Source of the DNA: Bacteroidia bacterium
GTDB lineage: Bacteria > Bacteroidota > Bacteroidia > SXHM01
Assembly: GCA_020054035.1 (NCBI GenBank)
Contig: JAGVLY010000017.1
Location: 1,961 to 65,960, forward strand
DNA length: 64,000 nt
Direction of reading: 5' to 3'
Both the position numbers and the translations under genes were made by a program. Of this stretch, positions 19,501 through 26,873 are shown one piece after another (position 1 is the stretch's first letter; the number at the start of each line of letters is the position of its first letter). Below the pieces are notes generated by a model, which saw only the letters and a program-made list of their open reading frames with translations, searched no databases and had not been told where the DNA came from.

Positions 19501-20362
19501 CGTCAACTTTAGGACCAAAGATGCTGATGTTAGAAAACACAGGATGTGTTTGTGGTATTCCCGCAGTTCCTGTAGCATCGTTATCGCTTTCAAAACTGTT
19601 TGAACCGCTTTGGTCGGCAGTAGCAGGGTCGCGTAATGAAACTCCGTACTGAATTTTTCCGCGAAAACCATTGTCGGTATCAAAGTCATCGTCCCAGCCA
19701 CGGAAAGCAACCAGACGTTTTGCGTTTACTGCTCCTCCGAAGAACTCATAGGAGTCATCACCGGAATAAGAAATCTGTACATTCTCGATAATAGTTCCGC
19801 TACCAACTGCGCCCAAGGTAAGACCGTTAATCTCTTGGTTAGGTTGGAAAGGAATTCCGGGAAACTCAATACGCACGTATTTTAGTGTTCCTGAGTTGTC
19901 GGCATCATCGGGTGTTAAACCACCACCATAATAAGAGCCTACACCGCCTTCTATAACGGCTTCGCCTCCGGGCTGGTTGTTGTTTGCTTTTCCGCAGATG
20001 ATAAGGCCACCCCAGTCGCCATAGTTACGCGCTGTTGGTGATTGGTCTGAGGTGAATACAATAGGTTGGTTAGGAGTTCCTATTGCCATGATTTTTGAGC
20101 CGCGCTCAATAATAAGCGTGCCCTGTGAAATTTTTTCTCCTTTAATAACAGTGCCTTCCTGAATGGTAAGCACTGCATTGTTTTTTACATACACCCAACC
20201 GCTTAACAAATATACGTTGTCATTTGTCCAGTTGGTGTTGGTGGTAATATCGCCCGTAACGGTGATGTTGGCTGCGATACTACCGGCAATGGTGGCAACA
20301 ATGAGTGCTGCCGCAAGTAATAGTTTTCGTTTCATTTGTTTTATTGTTTTTAGTTGGCGCAA
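16562..20362 (-). CDS. large T9SS-secreted surface protein with internally duplicated ~430-aa beta-helix-like modules, Ig-like Cys-pair domains, two PKD domains and a C-terminal T9SS sorting domain
   Basis: 1266 aa with a signal peptide (MKRKLLLAAALIVATIAGSIAA). The two modules both begin ITVTG(D/N)ITTNT and share the conserved blocks NQPIVFTS, YGDWGG, DDADNSG, GIPFQPNQEINGLTLG and ISYSGDDSYE. PKD motifs are present (WDFGDGS, YLWDFG). The C-terminus is AYPNPFSG...LYFARIVTDKSAKTVKLVV, typical of the T9SS CTD. Confidence 0.85.
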   Translation of the reverse strand: MRQLKTIKQMKRKLLLAAALIVATIAGSIAANITVTGDITTNTNWTNDNVYLLSGWVYVKNNAVLTIQEGTVIKGEKISQGTLIIERGSKIMAIGTPNQPIVFTSDQSPTARNYGDWGGLIICGKANNNQPGGEAVIEGGVGSYYGGGLTPDDADNSGTLKYVRIEFPGIPFQPNQEINGLTLGAVGSGTIIENVQISYSGDDSYEFFGGAVNAKRLVAFRGWDDDFDTDNGFRGKIQYGVSLRDPATADQSGSNSFESDNDATGTAGIPQTHPVFSNISIFGPKVDANITINSNYKRGAHLRRNTATNIFNSMISGFPTGLLIDAATTEANATNGTLKFQNNIIAGCPNPMDTIASSTWDIGAWFNTVGFNNTLLANTTDLMVADGYNLADPNFLPQTGSPLLSGASFADAQLQDSYFEPTTFRGAFGSEDWTSCWTEWDPQNEIYNGAVDYTPVIAINANGPTTFCNGGSVILTASAGTSFLWSNGATTQSINVTTSGDYSVQVWSARGCTATSAATTVTVNTPDATVTPSGATTFCTPNTITLTAASNASYLWSNAATTQAITVNATGVYSVTVTDGNGCTAASTQTTVTVNAAPAAHFVAQGFALLVNFTNTSTGNGNTYDWDFGDGSAHATTTNATHNYAADGSYDVVLTATNSCGTNSNTQTMNLSSEAITVTGNITTNTTWYNTNTYLLSGFVYVKDGATLTIQPGTLIRGEQSTKATLIVERGGKLIANGTVNQPIVFTSNQAAGQRSYGDWGGIILCGKATINLPGGEGVVEGGTGATFGGGNSPDDADNSGSLTYLRIEFPGIPFQPNQEINGLTLGGVGSGTVIENIQISYSGDDSYEWFGGSVNAKHLIAHRGWDDDFDTDNGFSGKLQFGVSIRDAAVADQSGSNGFESDNDASGTTATPVTHPIFSNFSIFGPLLDANTTINSNYKRAAHLRRNTQTSIYNTVEAGYPTGLLIDAATTESNATNNLLQYRNNILSACTTPLAVASGSSWDITTWFNTSGFNNTLLTDNNNLLVDYPTNDLTAPVLLPQSGSPLLSGADFTNANLQDAFFEDVTYKGAFGATDWTACWANWDPQNTVYTGTIFLVGATADFTSSSDQFTASFTNTSTDADSYLWDFGVSGATSTDENPTYTYTTSGTYVVTLIAYSPCGNDTLVQNINVTVGVEDHIPAIANVLAYPNPFSGETTIAVTLNEKTNMNVTVFNMEGKLVANLFNGKATEGTHNLKFDAQQQPAGLYFARIVTDKSAKTVKLVVR

Positions 20363-20449
20363 AACTATTGGTGCAACATCACGACAGAATAAATTTGAGG
20401 TTACATGATTCTTATGATTGTGTTAAGGGAGTGTGAACAGAGTTTCCTG

Positions 20450-20490
20450 AAAACAACAAAGCCCCGCAATTGCAGGGCTTTGTTTACAGA
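20450..20490 (-). terminator. hairpin terminator downstream of minus-strand gene 20503..21195
   Basis: aaagcccc-gcaattgc-agggcttt (20458-20481). The stem is aaagccc/gggcttt with a palindromic core. On the minus strand a T-rich tract follows (gttgttttc). Confidence 0.5.
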
Positions 20491-20502
20491 AACGTTTAGC
20501 TT

Positions 20503-21195
20503 TTACACTTCTTTTACGGTAATGGTTTGTTCTACGCTAAACTCGCCAATGGGCTGTTCGTTTTTAAAGTAGCGCAGACGGTAAGTCCATTTTTGGCTGG
20601 TGCCTGATGGCGGTAGCGGGCTTTTGTCAAGGTAATTGGGTGTAAGATCAAAGTCAAGGCGGGCAAAGCTGCCGTTGTCCACCTTTTTTTCAATGAAAAT
20701 GCCATCGCTTTTCAGCTTTTTCCAGGTTATTAAAACCTGCCCGGCTACCAGTTCTAAGGTAAACACGGGTTTGTAAGTGCTGTAATCCACAGTGCTTTCG
20801 GGGGCTTCAATCATCAGGTCTTCGCCAATGGCTTTGGTGTAGTTCTGGTGTGCTTTAATTCGTGAGGCAAGGGTTCGGAAGCGGCCTTCAACATTGGGCT
20901 GTATGGTAACAGCTGATGGAGGCACGCTAACATCCGGAGCAGTAGGAAACGGAGGTATTATAGTTCCATCGCCTCCATAGCGCATCTGGTTTTTAAGTTT
21001 GGTCCAGTCCTGGGCAAAGGCCGGAATTACAGCATGTTTTGGGATTACATACTTAACCCAGTCTGCATCAACATCCACTGAGGCTACCTCGGCCGGTGTG
21101 ATGCCAAACATACCCGCATAAAGCGGTAGTTTTTCTTTGAAGTTTTCGATTTGCAGTAGAAAATCGATGTCTGAATTTTTTACATAGGGTGCCAT
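20503..21195 (-). CDS. hypothetical protein (no signal peptide, no recognisable motif)
   Basis: 230-aa ORF, co-directional with and 31 nt downstream of the repeat-protein gene. Confidence 0.55.
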   Translation of the reverse strand: MAPYVKNSDIDFLLQIENFKEKLPLYAGMFGITPAEVASVDVDADWVKYVIPKHAVIPAFAQDWTKLKNQMRYGGDGTIIPPFPTAPDVSVPPSAVTIQPNVEGRFRTLASRIKAHQNYTKAIGEDLMIEAPESTVDYSTYKPVFTLELVAGQVLITWKKLKSDGIFIEKKVDNGSFARLDFDLTPNYLDKSPLPPSGTSQKWTYRLRYFKNEQPIGEFSVEQTITVKEV

Positions 21196-21226
21196 AGTTT
21201 TTTGTTTTAAGGGTTAATATTCAGGG

Positions 21227-21580
21227 TTAATTGGTTTTAAAAAGAATTGTCCGTAACAGCATTTTGCTGATTGTGTCTGTGGCAGCAACAACTGGCGCAA
21301 TGGTGGCAACAGCTGACGCTATGATAGCGACAAGTGTGTCTGAGCTGGACACAACTGTGTCTGAGGTAGCAACAGCTGTGTCTATGGTGGCAACAGGTGT
21401 GTCTGTGGCAGCAACACCTGTGTCTGTGGCAGCAACAGCTGTGGCTGCGGTACCGACAGCTGTTACTGTGGTGGCGACAACTGTTTCTATGTCAGCGCCA
21501 GCTGGCGCTATGGTGGCAACAGGCGCTTCTGTGGCAGCGACAGCTCTGTCTGTGATAGAAACTTGGTGCTTTGTATTCAA
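21227..21580 (-). CDS. small heptad-repeat (Ala/Thr/Asp/Val-rich) protein encoded by a 21-bp tandem repeat; coding strand uncertain
   Basis: 117-aa minus-strand ORF with about 10 heptads of the form VAATDTG/VATIDTA. An overlapping plus-strand ORF (21231..21605) is also open. Minus is favoured because it lies 10 nt from the upstream minus gene and 31 nt from the downstream minus gene. Confidence 0.4.
   Translation of the reverse strand: MNTKHQVSITDRAVAATEAPVATIAPAGADIETVVATTVTAVGTAATAVAATDTGVAATDTPVATIDTAVATSDTVVSSSDTLVAIIASAVATIAPVVAATDTISKMLLRTILFKTN
21273..21562. repeat. imperfect 21-bp tandem repeat array, ~14 copies (consensus gtgtctgtggcagcaacagct)
   Basis: Successive 21-mers can be read directly: gtgtctatggtggcaacaggt / gtgtctgtggcagcaacacct / gtgtctgtggcagcaacagct / gtggctgcggtaccgacagct and so on. 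Confidence 0.85.
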
Positions 21581-21590
21581 AATCGGTTTT

Positions 21591-21839
21591 TTAGTTCTGG
21601 TTTAAGTTATTAAAGCGCTCGGCATAATAAGGTGATACCTCTGAAAAGGGAATGCCCAACTGCTCACACATTACGCTTATCTTTTGGGGCGATGCAAACT
21701 TGGTACCTTTATAGTAACAGCATCCGTTGGTTTCGCAAACGCCTATTTTTTGAAGAAATAGTTCTCTTGATATCTTGTATTTTTTTACAACCTCCAGAAA
21801 ATCGAGGTGCAGTATTTTGCAGAAATCTTGGTAGCGCAT
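21591..21839 (-). CDS. small putative DNA-binding (HTH-like) protein
   Basis: 82 aa. ISRELFLQKIGV resembles an HTH recognition region, and the ORF is Cys-rich (CETNGCCYY). It is the first gene of the three-gene minus-strand cluster. Function is uncertain. Confidence 0.35.
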   Translation of the reverse strand: MRYQDFCKILHLDFLEVVKKYKISRELFLQKIGVCETNGCCYYKGTKFASPQKISVMCEQLGIPFSEVSPYYAERFNNLNQN

Positions 21840-21935
21840 TTTTCCCTGATTGAGTGCAAGGCAAATGGAAGAAAAAATGAAATAATTTTATAGTATATTA
21901 GAGATTGTTGAGGTAATTCCTACTTATAAGGGGAA

Positions 21936-22181
21936 TTGTGGCAAGTTTTTATAGATTTGTTGAGGATATTTAATGTTAGTGGCTATTATAACGACACACA
22001 GCACATGGTAAACCGACAAGTAAATAAACAGGACATTTTAGAGGCGTTGACCTTCATTGACAAAAATGGAGTTCCGTCAAACAGACGTGCGACTAAATAC
22101 AATCTGTATCATAACGACAAATCCTATCCGCCTAAATACGTTCTATCAATTGCGACAAAAAATGCCACAGGCAGAGTGTAA
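21936..22181 (+). CDS. orphan 81-aa ORF with weak resemblance to McrA-type 'head'/DNA-modification-sensing N-terminal domains; possibly a gene remnant
   Basis: DILEALTFIDKNGVPSNRRATKYNLYHNDKSYPPKYVLSIA resembles the ...ILkAi..fd..G...f....g....Yfl.y.gk.Y.sKailg.A pattern. It sits alone in an AT-rich 450-bp intergenic region. Confidence 0.25.
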   Translation: MWQVFIDLLRIFNVSGYYNDTQHMVNRQVNKQDILEALTFIDKNGVPSNRRATKYNLYHNDKSYPPKYVLSIATKNATGRV

Positions 22182-22294
22182 CCCTCCCTCTTTTCGGACT
22201 ACTATTATTTTTACAAATTAAATTCATTTTGTTGTTGTTGGCTTGTTGACATAGCCAGCCGCTCTAAGCCGGATTTAAAAACTGCATTGCAGCT

Positions 22295-22975
22295 TTATTC
22301 CTCCACCGTTTCCTGCGCTTTAATAAGGTCTTTTGTTTTCTTTGCTAAGTAGAGCATTTCCGTTGCTATCTGGCGATTAAGCTCCTCATACTTTTGTTTC
22401 TCCTGTGGTGTTTTTTCAAATATGGTAGGGCTTTGGTAGGCAAGCTCTATGTTAGGAAAACTGGCAGCAATGTTTGATTTTTCGCCCGAGGTACACACAT
22501 TTACTACCACGCTTTTCTCTTTATCAATAGTTCCGAAATCAGCTTTAGATACCATGTATTCAAGCGGAATATCTTTTCCTACATAAATAACATACCCGTT
22601 TGTTTCCTCCATAGCGGTGTAATAAAACCCTGAAAGTTGAAGAACATTTACTACTTCAGGATAAACGGCTGAAGCCACATCGCCTATTGAAAAAGCAAAC
22701 TTCTGGTTCAGTCCGTAAAAAAGAAACGCTGTTTGCGCCCAGGTTTGCAGCAGCATGGTGCGCCTTGAGTTGGTATGGCAGGTAAAGCCGATGTATTTCT
22801 TTATCGTTAGCTGCTCTGCAATACTATTAAGCATTGCTTTCCGCTCTACAGGGATGGATGCAAATTCTTTTTTAGTCTGGCGGCAGAATTTATCCAACTC
22901 ATCGTTAAATCGAATATCTTGTGAATAGCCGATTTGTGTGGCCATCATTAAAAATGCGAACAGTATTTTTTTCAT
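22295..22975 (-). CDS. secreted low-molecular-weight phosphatase-fold protein (CX5R P-loop motif)
   Basis: 226 aa with a signal peptide (MKKILFAFLMMATQIGYSQ). IGFTCHTNSRRTM contains the C-X5-R motif of LMW-PTP/ArsC-fold enzymes. Confidence 0.4.
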   Translation of the reverse strand: MKKILFAFLMMATQIGYSQDIRFNDELDKFCRQTKKEFASIPVERKAMLNSIAEQLTIKKYIGFTCHTNSRRTMLLQTWAQTAFLFYGLNQKFAFSIGDVASAVYPEVVNVLQLSGFYYTAMEETNGYVIYVGKDIPLEYMVSKADFGTIDKEKSVVVNVCTSGEKSNIAASFPNIELAYQSPTIFEKTPQEKQKYEELNRQIATEMLYLAKKTKDLIKAQETVEE

Positions 22976-23051
22976 TGGAATAATTTTTAGCGCAGCATTG
23001 AAGCTGCATTCTTTTTCGGAGTTAATAAAATGTTGTCAAAAAAAATCTTTT

Positions 23052-23132
23052 ACCACATAGGCACATAGAAACATAGGGTTTCATCCGCCTAAGGCGGATG
23101 TTTTTCTAATGTGACCTATGTGCCTATGTGGT
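23052..23132. terminator. nested inverted-repeat terminator: outer 17-bp perfect inverted repeat enclosing an inner GC hairpin plus T5
   Basis: Outer arms are accacataggcacatag (23052-23068) and ctatgtgcctatgtggt (23116-23132). The inner hairpin is catccgcc-taa-ggcggatg (23082-23100) followed by ttttt. On the minus strand the outer stem is followed by TAAAAGATTTTTTTT. It lies 3' of the TonB-dependent receptor gene. Confidence 0.6.
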
Positions 23133-23141
23133 TCCAATTTC

Positions 23142-26003
23142 TTAAAATCTGTAATTAAAGCCCAGCGTGTAATAACTTCCTCTGCGGTAGCTTTGCATTT
23201 GCTGGTCGTTGTTGCGGGTAACTTTACCGTCTTCGTTGGCATCCTGCACCAGCAGGTAAGGCTGGTTAAGAATATCCTGTATCCCGAATTTCACATCGAG
23301 GCGTTTCCAAAAACGTTTGGTAATGGTAAGGTCAAGCGTATTGCGCGGCATCTCATACACATCAGGTGTTCCGTATGAACCAACAATAACAATACGCTCC
23401 CCTATTACATTGTAAAGCAAATTCACCTGCAAGCCAATCGTATCGTTCTGATAATAAATTCCGCTATTGATGATGTAAGGCGATTGCCCCATCATCGGGC
23501 GGTTTTCACTTTGGCCTTGTGCTTTGTCGCCAAGGTTTACTTTGCTCCAGATATAACTTGCGTTCAATACTACCCCTAAGTTTCTTACAAAAGGTGTATT
23601 CAATGCATTGAATGATTTACGCACTTCCAGTTCTATCCCTGTGCTGCTTGCTGATTCTGCATTACGGTAAGTGTAATTGCGTGTTCCTCCCGAACCTGTA
23701 CCCGGAACAAAGTATGTTTCAATTGGGTTGATAAAATTCTTATAGAACGCACCCACACTGATGATTTCACCAAGATTAGGATAATATTCCCAACGTGCAT
23801 CGTAGTTATAAATGCTTGGCGTTTGCAGTGAATCATTTCCGTAGTTCACACTGTTAAAGTTGAAATCATAAAACGCATAAGGCGCAAGCTCTCTGAACTC
23901 TGGACGGTTAAGCGTAATACCAAAACCACCGCGTATCAACATCTTCTCGCTGATGTTGGCAGTTAAGTTTGCCGAAGGCAACAAACGGATAATGTGGTTA
24001 TCCACATTCACAGGATTGCCTGTAACCGTGTGGCTTTCCAAGCGCTGACGATTATTCTCAACCCTTGCTCCTGTGTGCAGGTTCAGCCATTTTGCAAAAG
24101 GAATATCCAACGCAAGGTAGTAAGCAATCAAATCGTTTTGTGCAGTGTAGGTATCGCTTTTGCGGGTGTCTTCATCAATCTTTAATCCGGTAGTGGAGTT
24201 AATGTTGGTGTCATTAAAAAGCTGGTCAATAGATAATTCGCGCAGGCTATTATCAAACTGAAAAACATTAGCAGATGCATAACCAAGGTTGCGTGCACTA
24301 AACTGTCTCCACTTGCGCTCGAGGTAAAGCCCCGCAGTAACCTTCGGCTCAAACTTTCCGATGTGCAGTTTCTGTTCAATGTTTGCAGTTCCGGTCATCA
24401 ATTCTTCATACAGGTCAAAGTACAATCTTCCCAAGAAGAAAGGAGTTGCACCAAAGGGAACGTAGGTTTGATAAGGGTCTGAGGCAGGAGCATTAATGTC
24501 TTTTGCTGTGCGCACACGTCTCCAGTCCGGCTCTTCTTTCTTTGCTTTTGAGTAAGCAAGCGTCCAGTCAATTTTAGTTTTGTCTTCAAACAATTTGTGC
24601 TCACCGCTTAACTGTCCGGTGTAGATACTGCGGTTCATATAGTAGTACGAATACTCTTTGCGCAGCTCGCCTTCTTCAAAATTCTTACCGTCACGCAAGG
24701 TGCTTTGGTTCATACCCGCCTTATTAAAGATGTTTTTGAATTCAATTTTATGGTTCAGGAAATTGAACGACCAATTGTGCAACAAACCAACACGAACATT
24801 ATTACTGTAACGGCTGTCGTTGTAATCAAAGATAGTATCGCTGTATCCAGTTTCAGGGTTAAAGGTGTTGTAATCCGTTCTGCGCGAAACAAAATATTGG
24901 TTGGTGTTGCTATAGTTCAATGCAGTAATGTGTCCTACGTGTACTTTCTTAATATCAAACTTACGTGCAAACGTAAAATTGAAACGTTGGTCAGGTGCAG
25001 CCTTAGAGGGAACAGTGCTCCAGTTATTACTTAGTGAGCGACCAAGTGCAGTCAATTGTTCCATATCATTAGAATTGGAAACATCACGCACGTTAGCTGG
25101 AAAGTCTTTAGGCAAAGAGCGGCTTCCGTCATCAAAACCCATCCAATCAGTTTTACTTCCCGGATTCATGTAAAAATCATTGAACGTTGTGCCTTGTCTG
25201 TAAGAAGCCGAGTAACCTGCAGAAACCATATTTTCATCAGGTGTATTTTTAGTAAACACTTTGATTACACCGCCTCCAAACTCTCCTGATATTTCAGGAG
25301 CGGGGCTTTTGTAAATCAAAATTCGGTCAATCATAGCACTTGGTATCATATCGAATGAAAAGGCTTTCACATCCGATTCGGTGCTGGGCGTTGTTACGTT
25401 ATTAAGGTAAACAGAATTATAGCGTTCGCTTAGTCCGCGCACCATAACAAAACGGTCGTTCATAATAGTAACACCCGGTACACGCTTAATAACTTCTGAT
25501 GCATCTCTGTCCTGCGATTTAGCAATCTGTTGCGAAGAAATTCCGCTTACTACGGCAGTGCTGCGTTTCATTTCGGTAAGCACTGCGTTTTCAGTATGCG
25601 TTACTTTTTGCGCTGAAACTTTTGTCTCTTTCAACTGCTGAGCTAAAGATTGAACAGTGAAATCAATAGTAGTTGTTTCGCCTGCGGTAACAGCCACTCC
25701 TGTTTTTACAACAGTTTCGTAGCCTACAAAACTTGCAACTATTTCATAAACACCTTCGCTGACAGTAATCTTATAATTTCCGTCAAAATCAGTAGTTGAA
25801 CCGTTAGCAGTTCCTTTAATACTTACGTTTGCAAATGGAACAGGCATGGGTTTTCCATCCACTACTTCCGTTACTTTCCCGATAACAAAACCGGGTTTTT
25901 CATTGTAAGCAAATGCCGAAACGGCAAGGAGAATAGCAGTAAAAAGTGTTACTGATTTTTTCATTAAGAGTTGTTGTTTTTTCACGCTGCAAAACAAAGC
26001 CAA
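23142..26003 (-). CDS. TonB-dependent outer-membrane receptor with N-terminal carboxypeptidase-regulatory-like domain
   Basis: 953 aa with a signal peptide (likely start MKKSVTLF at about 25964) and a CarbopepD_reg-like N-terminus (GKVTEVVDGKPMPVPFANVSI...DFDGNYKI). A plug domain and a beta-barrel ending in aromatic ...GFNYRF follow. No SusD partner is present. Confidence 0.85.
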   Translation of the reverse strand: MALFCSVKKQQLLMKKSVTLFTAILLAVSAFAYNEKPGFVIGKVTEVVDGKPMPVPFANVSIKGTANGSTTDFDGNYKITVSEGVYEIVASFVGYETVVKTGVAVTAGETTTIDFTVQSLAQQLKETKVSAQKVTHTENAVLTEMKRSTAVVSGISSQQIAKSQDRDASEVIKRVPGVTIMNDRFVMVRGLSERYNSVYLNNVTTPSTESDVKAFSFDMIPSAMIDRILIYKSPAPEISGEFGGGVIKVFTKNTPDENMVSAGYSASYRQGTTFNDFYMNPGSKTDWMGFDDGSRSLPKDFPANVRDVSNSNDMEQLTALGRSLSNNWSTVPSKAAPDQRFNFTFARKFDIKKVHVGHITALNYSNTNQYFVSRRTDYNTFNPETGYSDTIFDYNDSRYSNNVRVGLLHNWSFNFLNHKIEFKNIFNKAGMNQSTLRDGKNFEEGELRKEYSYYYMNRSIYTGQLSGEHKLFEDKTKIDWTLAYSKAKKEEPDWRRVRTAKDINAPASDPYQTYVPFGATPFFLGRLYFDLYEELMTGTANIEQKLHIGKFEPKVTAGLYLERKWRQFSARNLGYASANVFQFDNSLRELSIDQLFNDTNINSTTGLKIDEDTRKSDTYTAQNDLIAYYLALDIPFAKWLNLHTGARVENNRQRLESHTVTGNPVNVDNHIIRLLPSANLTANISEKMLIRGGFGITLNRPEFRELAPYAFYDFNFNSVNYGNDSLQTPSIYNYDARWEYYPNLGEIISVGAFYKNFINPIETYFVPGTGSGGTRNYTYRNAESASSTGIELEVRKSFNALNTPFVRNLGVVLNASYIWSKVNLGDKAQGQSENRPMMGQSPYIINSGIYYQNDTIGLQVNLLYNVIGERIVIVGSYGTPDVYEMPRNTLDLTITKRFWKRLDVKFGIQDILNQPYLLVQDANEDGKVTRNNDQQMQSYRRGSYYTLGFNYRF

Positions 26004-26183
26004 CAGTGTAATTACACAATGAACTAAAGGTTAAGGAAATGTTAAGTGTCGGATTGGGCATTTATTTAAAACCCTATTGAAATCAGATAAATATGCCAAT
26101 GGAGGATTTAAAACAGAATTAACACTAACGTAATGTTGTAGAATCTTTGCAGAGGTAGTTTTGCTGCCTAACTTCTGCGGGCC

Positions 26184-26873
26184 ATGAGTGCAAAAACTAC
26201 CAACCATCCTAAAATACTTCTTGTTGATGACGAACCAGATATTCTGGAGTTCCTGAAATACAACATAGAAAAGGAAGGCTTTCTTGTTTACACAGCTAAT
26301 AACGGAAAAGAAGGAGTTACACAGGCATTGAAACATCTTCCGCAGCTAATCCTGTTAGATGTAATGATGCCCGGTATGGACGGGATTGAAACTTGCCAGG
26401 TGTTACGCGATTCCTCCGTATTAAAAGATACAGTAATTGCATTTCTGACTGCACGAAGCGAAGACTACTCGCAGATTGCAGGCTTTGAAGCCGGTGCTGA
26501 TGATTACATCAGCAAGCCCATAAAGCCAAAAGTTTTGGTGAGCAGAATCAAAGCTTTGCTGCGCAGAAAAAACACCCAAACAGTTTTGCCTACTGAAGAA
26601 ACAGCAGATATAATGATCGATCCTGATCGTTTTATTGTTATTAAAAAAGGGGAAGAATTAAACCTACCGCGCAAAGAATTTCAGTTATTAAATCTTCTGA
26701 TGTCAAAGCCCGGAAATGTTTTCACACGTGAAAACATTCTTAGCGACATCTGGGGACATGAGATTGTTGTAGGCAACCGCACCATTGATGTACATATCCG
26801 TAAGCTGCGCGAAAAATTAGGTGATGAATATATCCAGACTATTAAAGGGGTGGGATATAAATTTATGGGGTAA
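26184..26873 (+). CDS. OmpR/PhoB-family DNA-binding response regulator
   Basis: 229 aa. The receiver domain has the DD...D...K residues (KILLVDDEPDILEF, LDVMMPGMDG). The winged-helix output domain contains RTIDVHIRKLREKL. Confidence 0.9.
   Translation: MSAKTTNHPKILLVDDEPDILEFLKYNIEKEGFLVYTANNGKEGVTQALKHLPQLILLDVMMPGMDGIETCQVLRDSSVLKDTVIAFLTARSEDYSQIAGFEAGADDYISKPIKPKVLVSRIKALLRRKNTQTVLPTEETADIMIDPDRFIVIKKGEELNLPRKEFQLLNLLMSKPGNVFTRENILSDIWGHEIVVGNRTIDVHIRKLREKLGDEYIQTIKGVGYKFMG

Noticed and set aside
21273-21562. Possible CRISPR array, given the regularly spaced repeats
   Set aside because: The units are directly contiguous 21-mers with no spacers. There is no dyad-symmetric repeat and no cas genes nearby. 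This is a coding tandem repeat, not CRISPR.
21231-21605. Plus-strand 124-aa ORF across the 21-bp tandem repeat
   Set aside because: It is equally open as the minus-strand ORF. It would be a lone plus-strand gene wedged between minus-strand genes, with a 36-bp divergent gap and a 3' overlap into the neighbouring gene. The minus strand is preferred, but this is not settled. It is kept as an explicit uncertainty rather than a feature.
26004-26183. Possible riboswitch in the 5' leader of the TonB-dependent receptor
   Set aside because: The 180-bp leader is AT-rich and lacks the conserved GC-rich cores of cobalamin, TPP or other riboswitches common upstream of TonB receptors. No support.
26031-26336. 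Minus-strand 101-aa ORF upstream of the TonB-dependent receptor
   Set aside because: It overlaps the start and promoter region of the response regulator gene. It has no motif and is AT-rich with low-complexity composition. It is probably a non-coding divergent promoter region.
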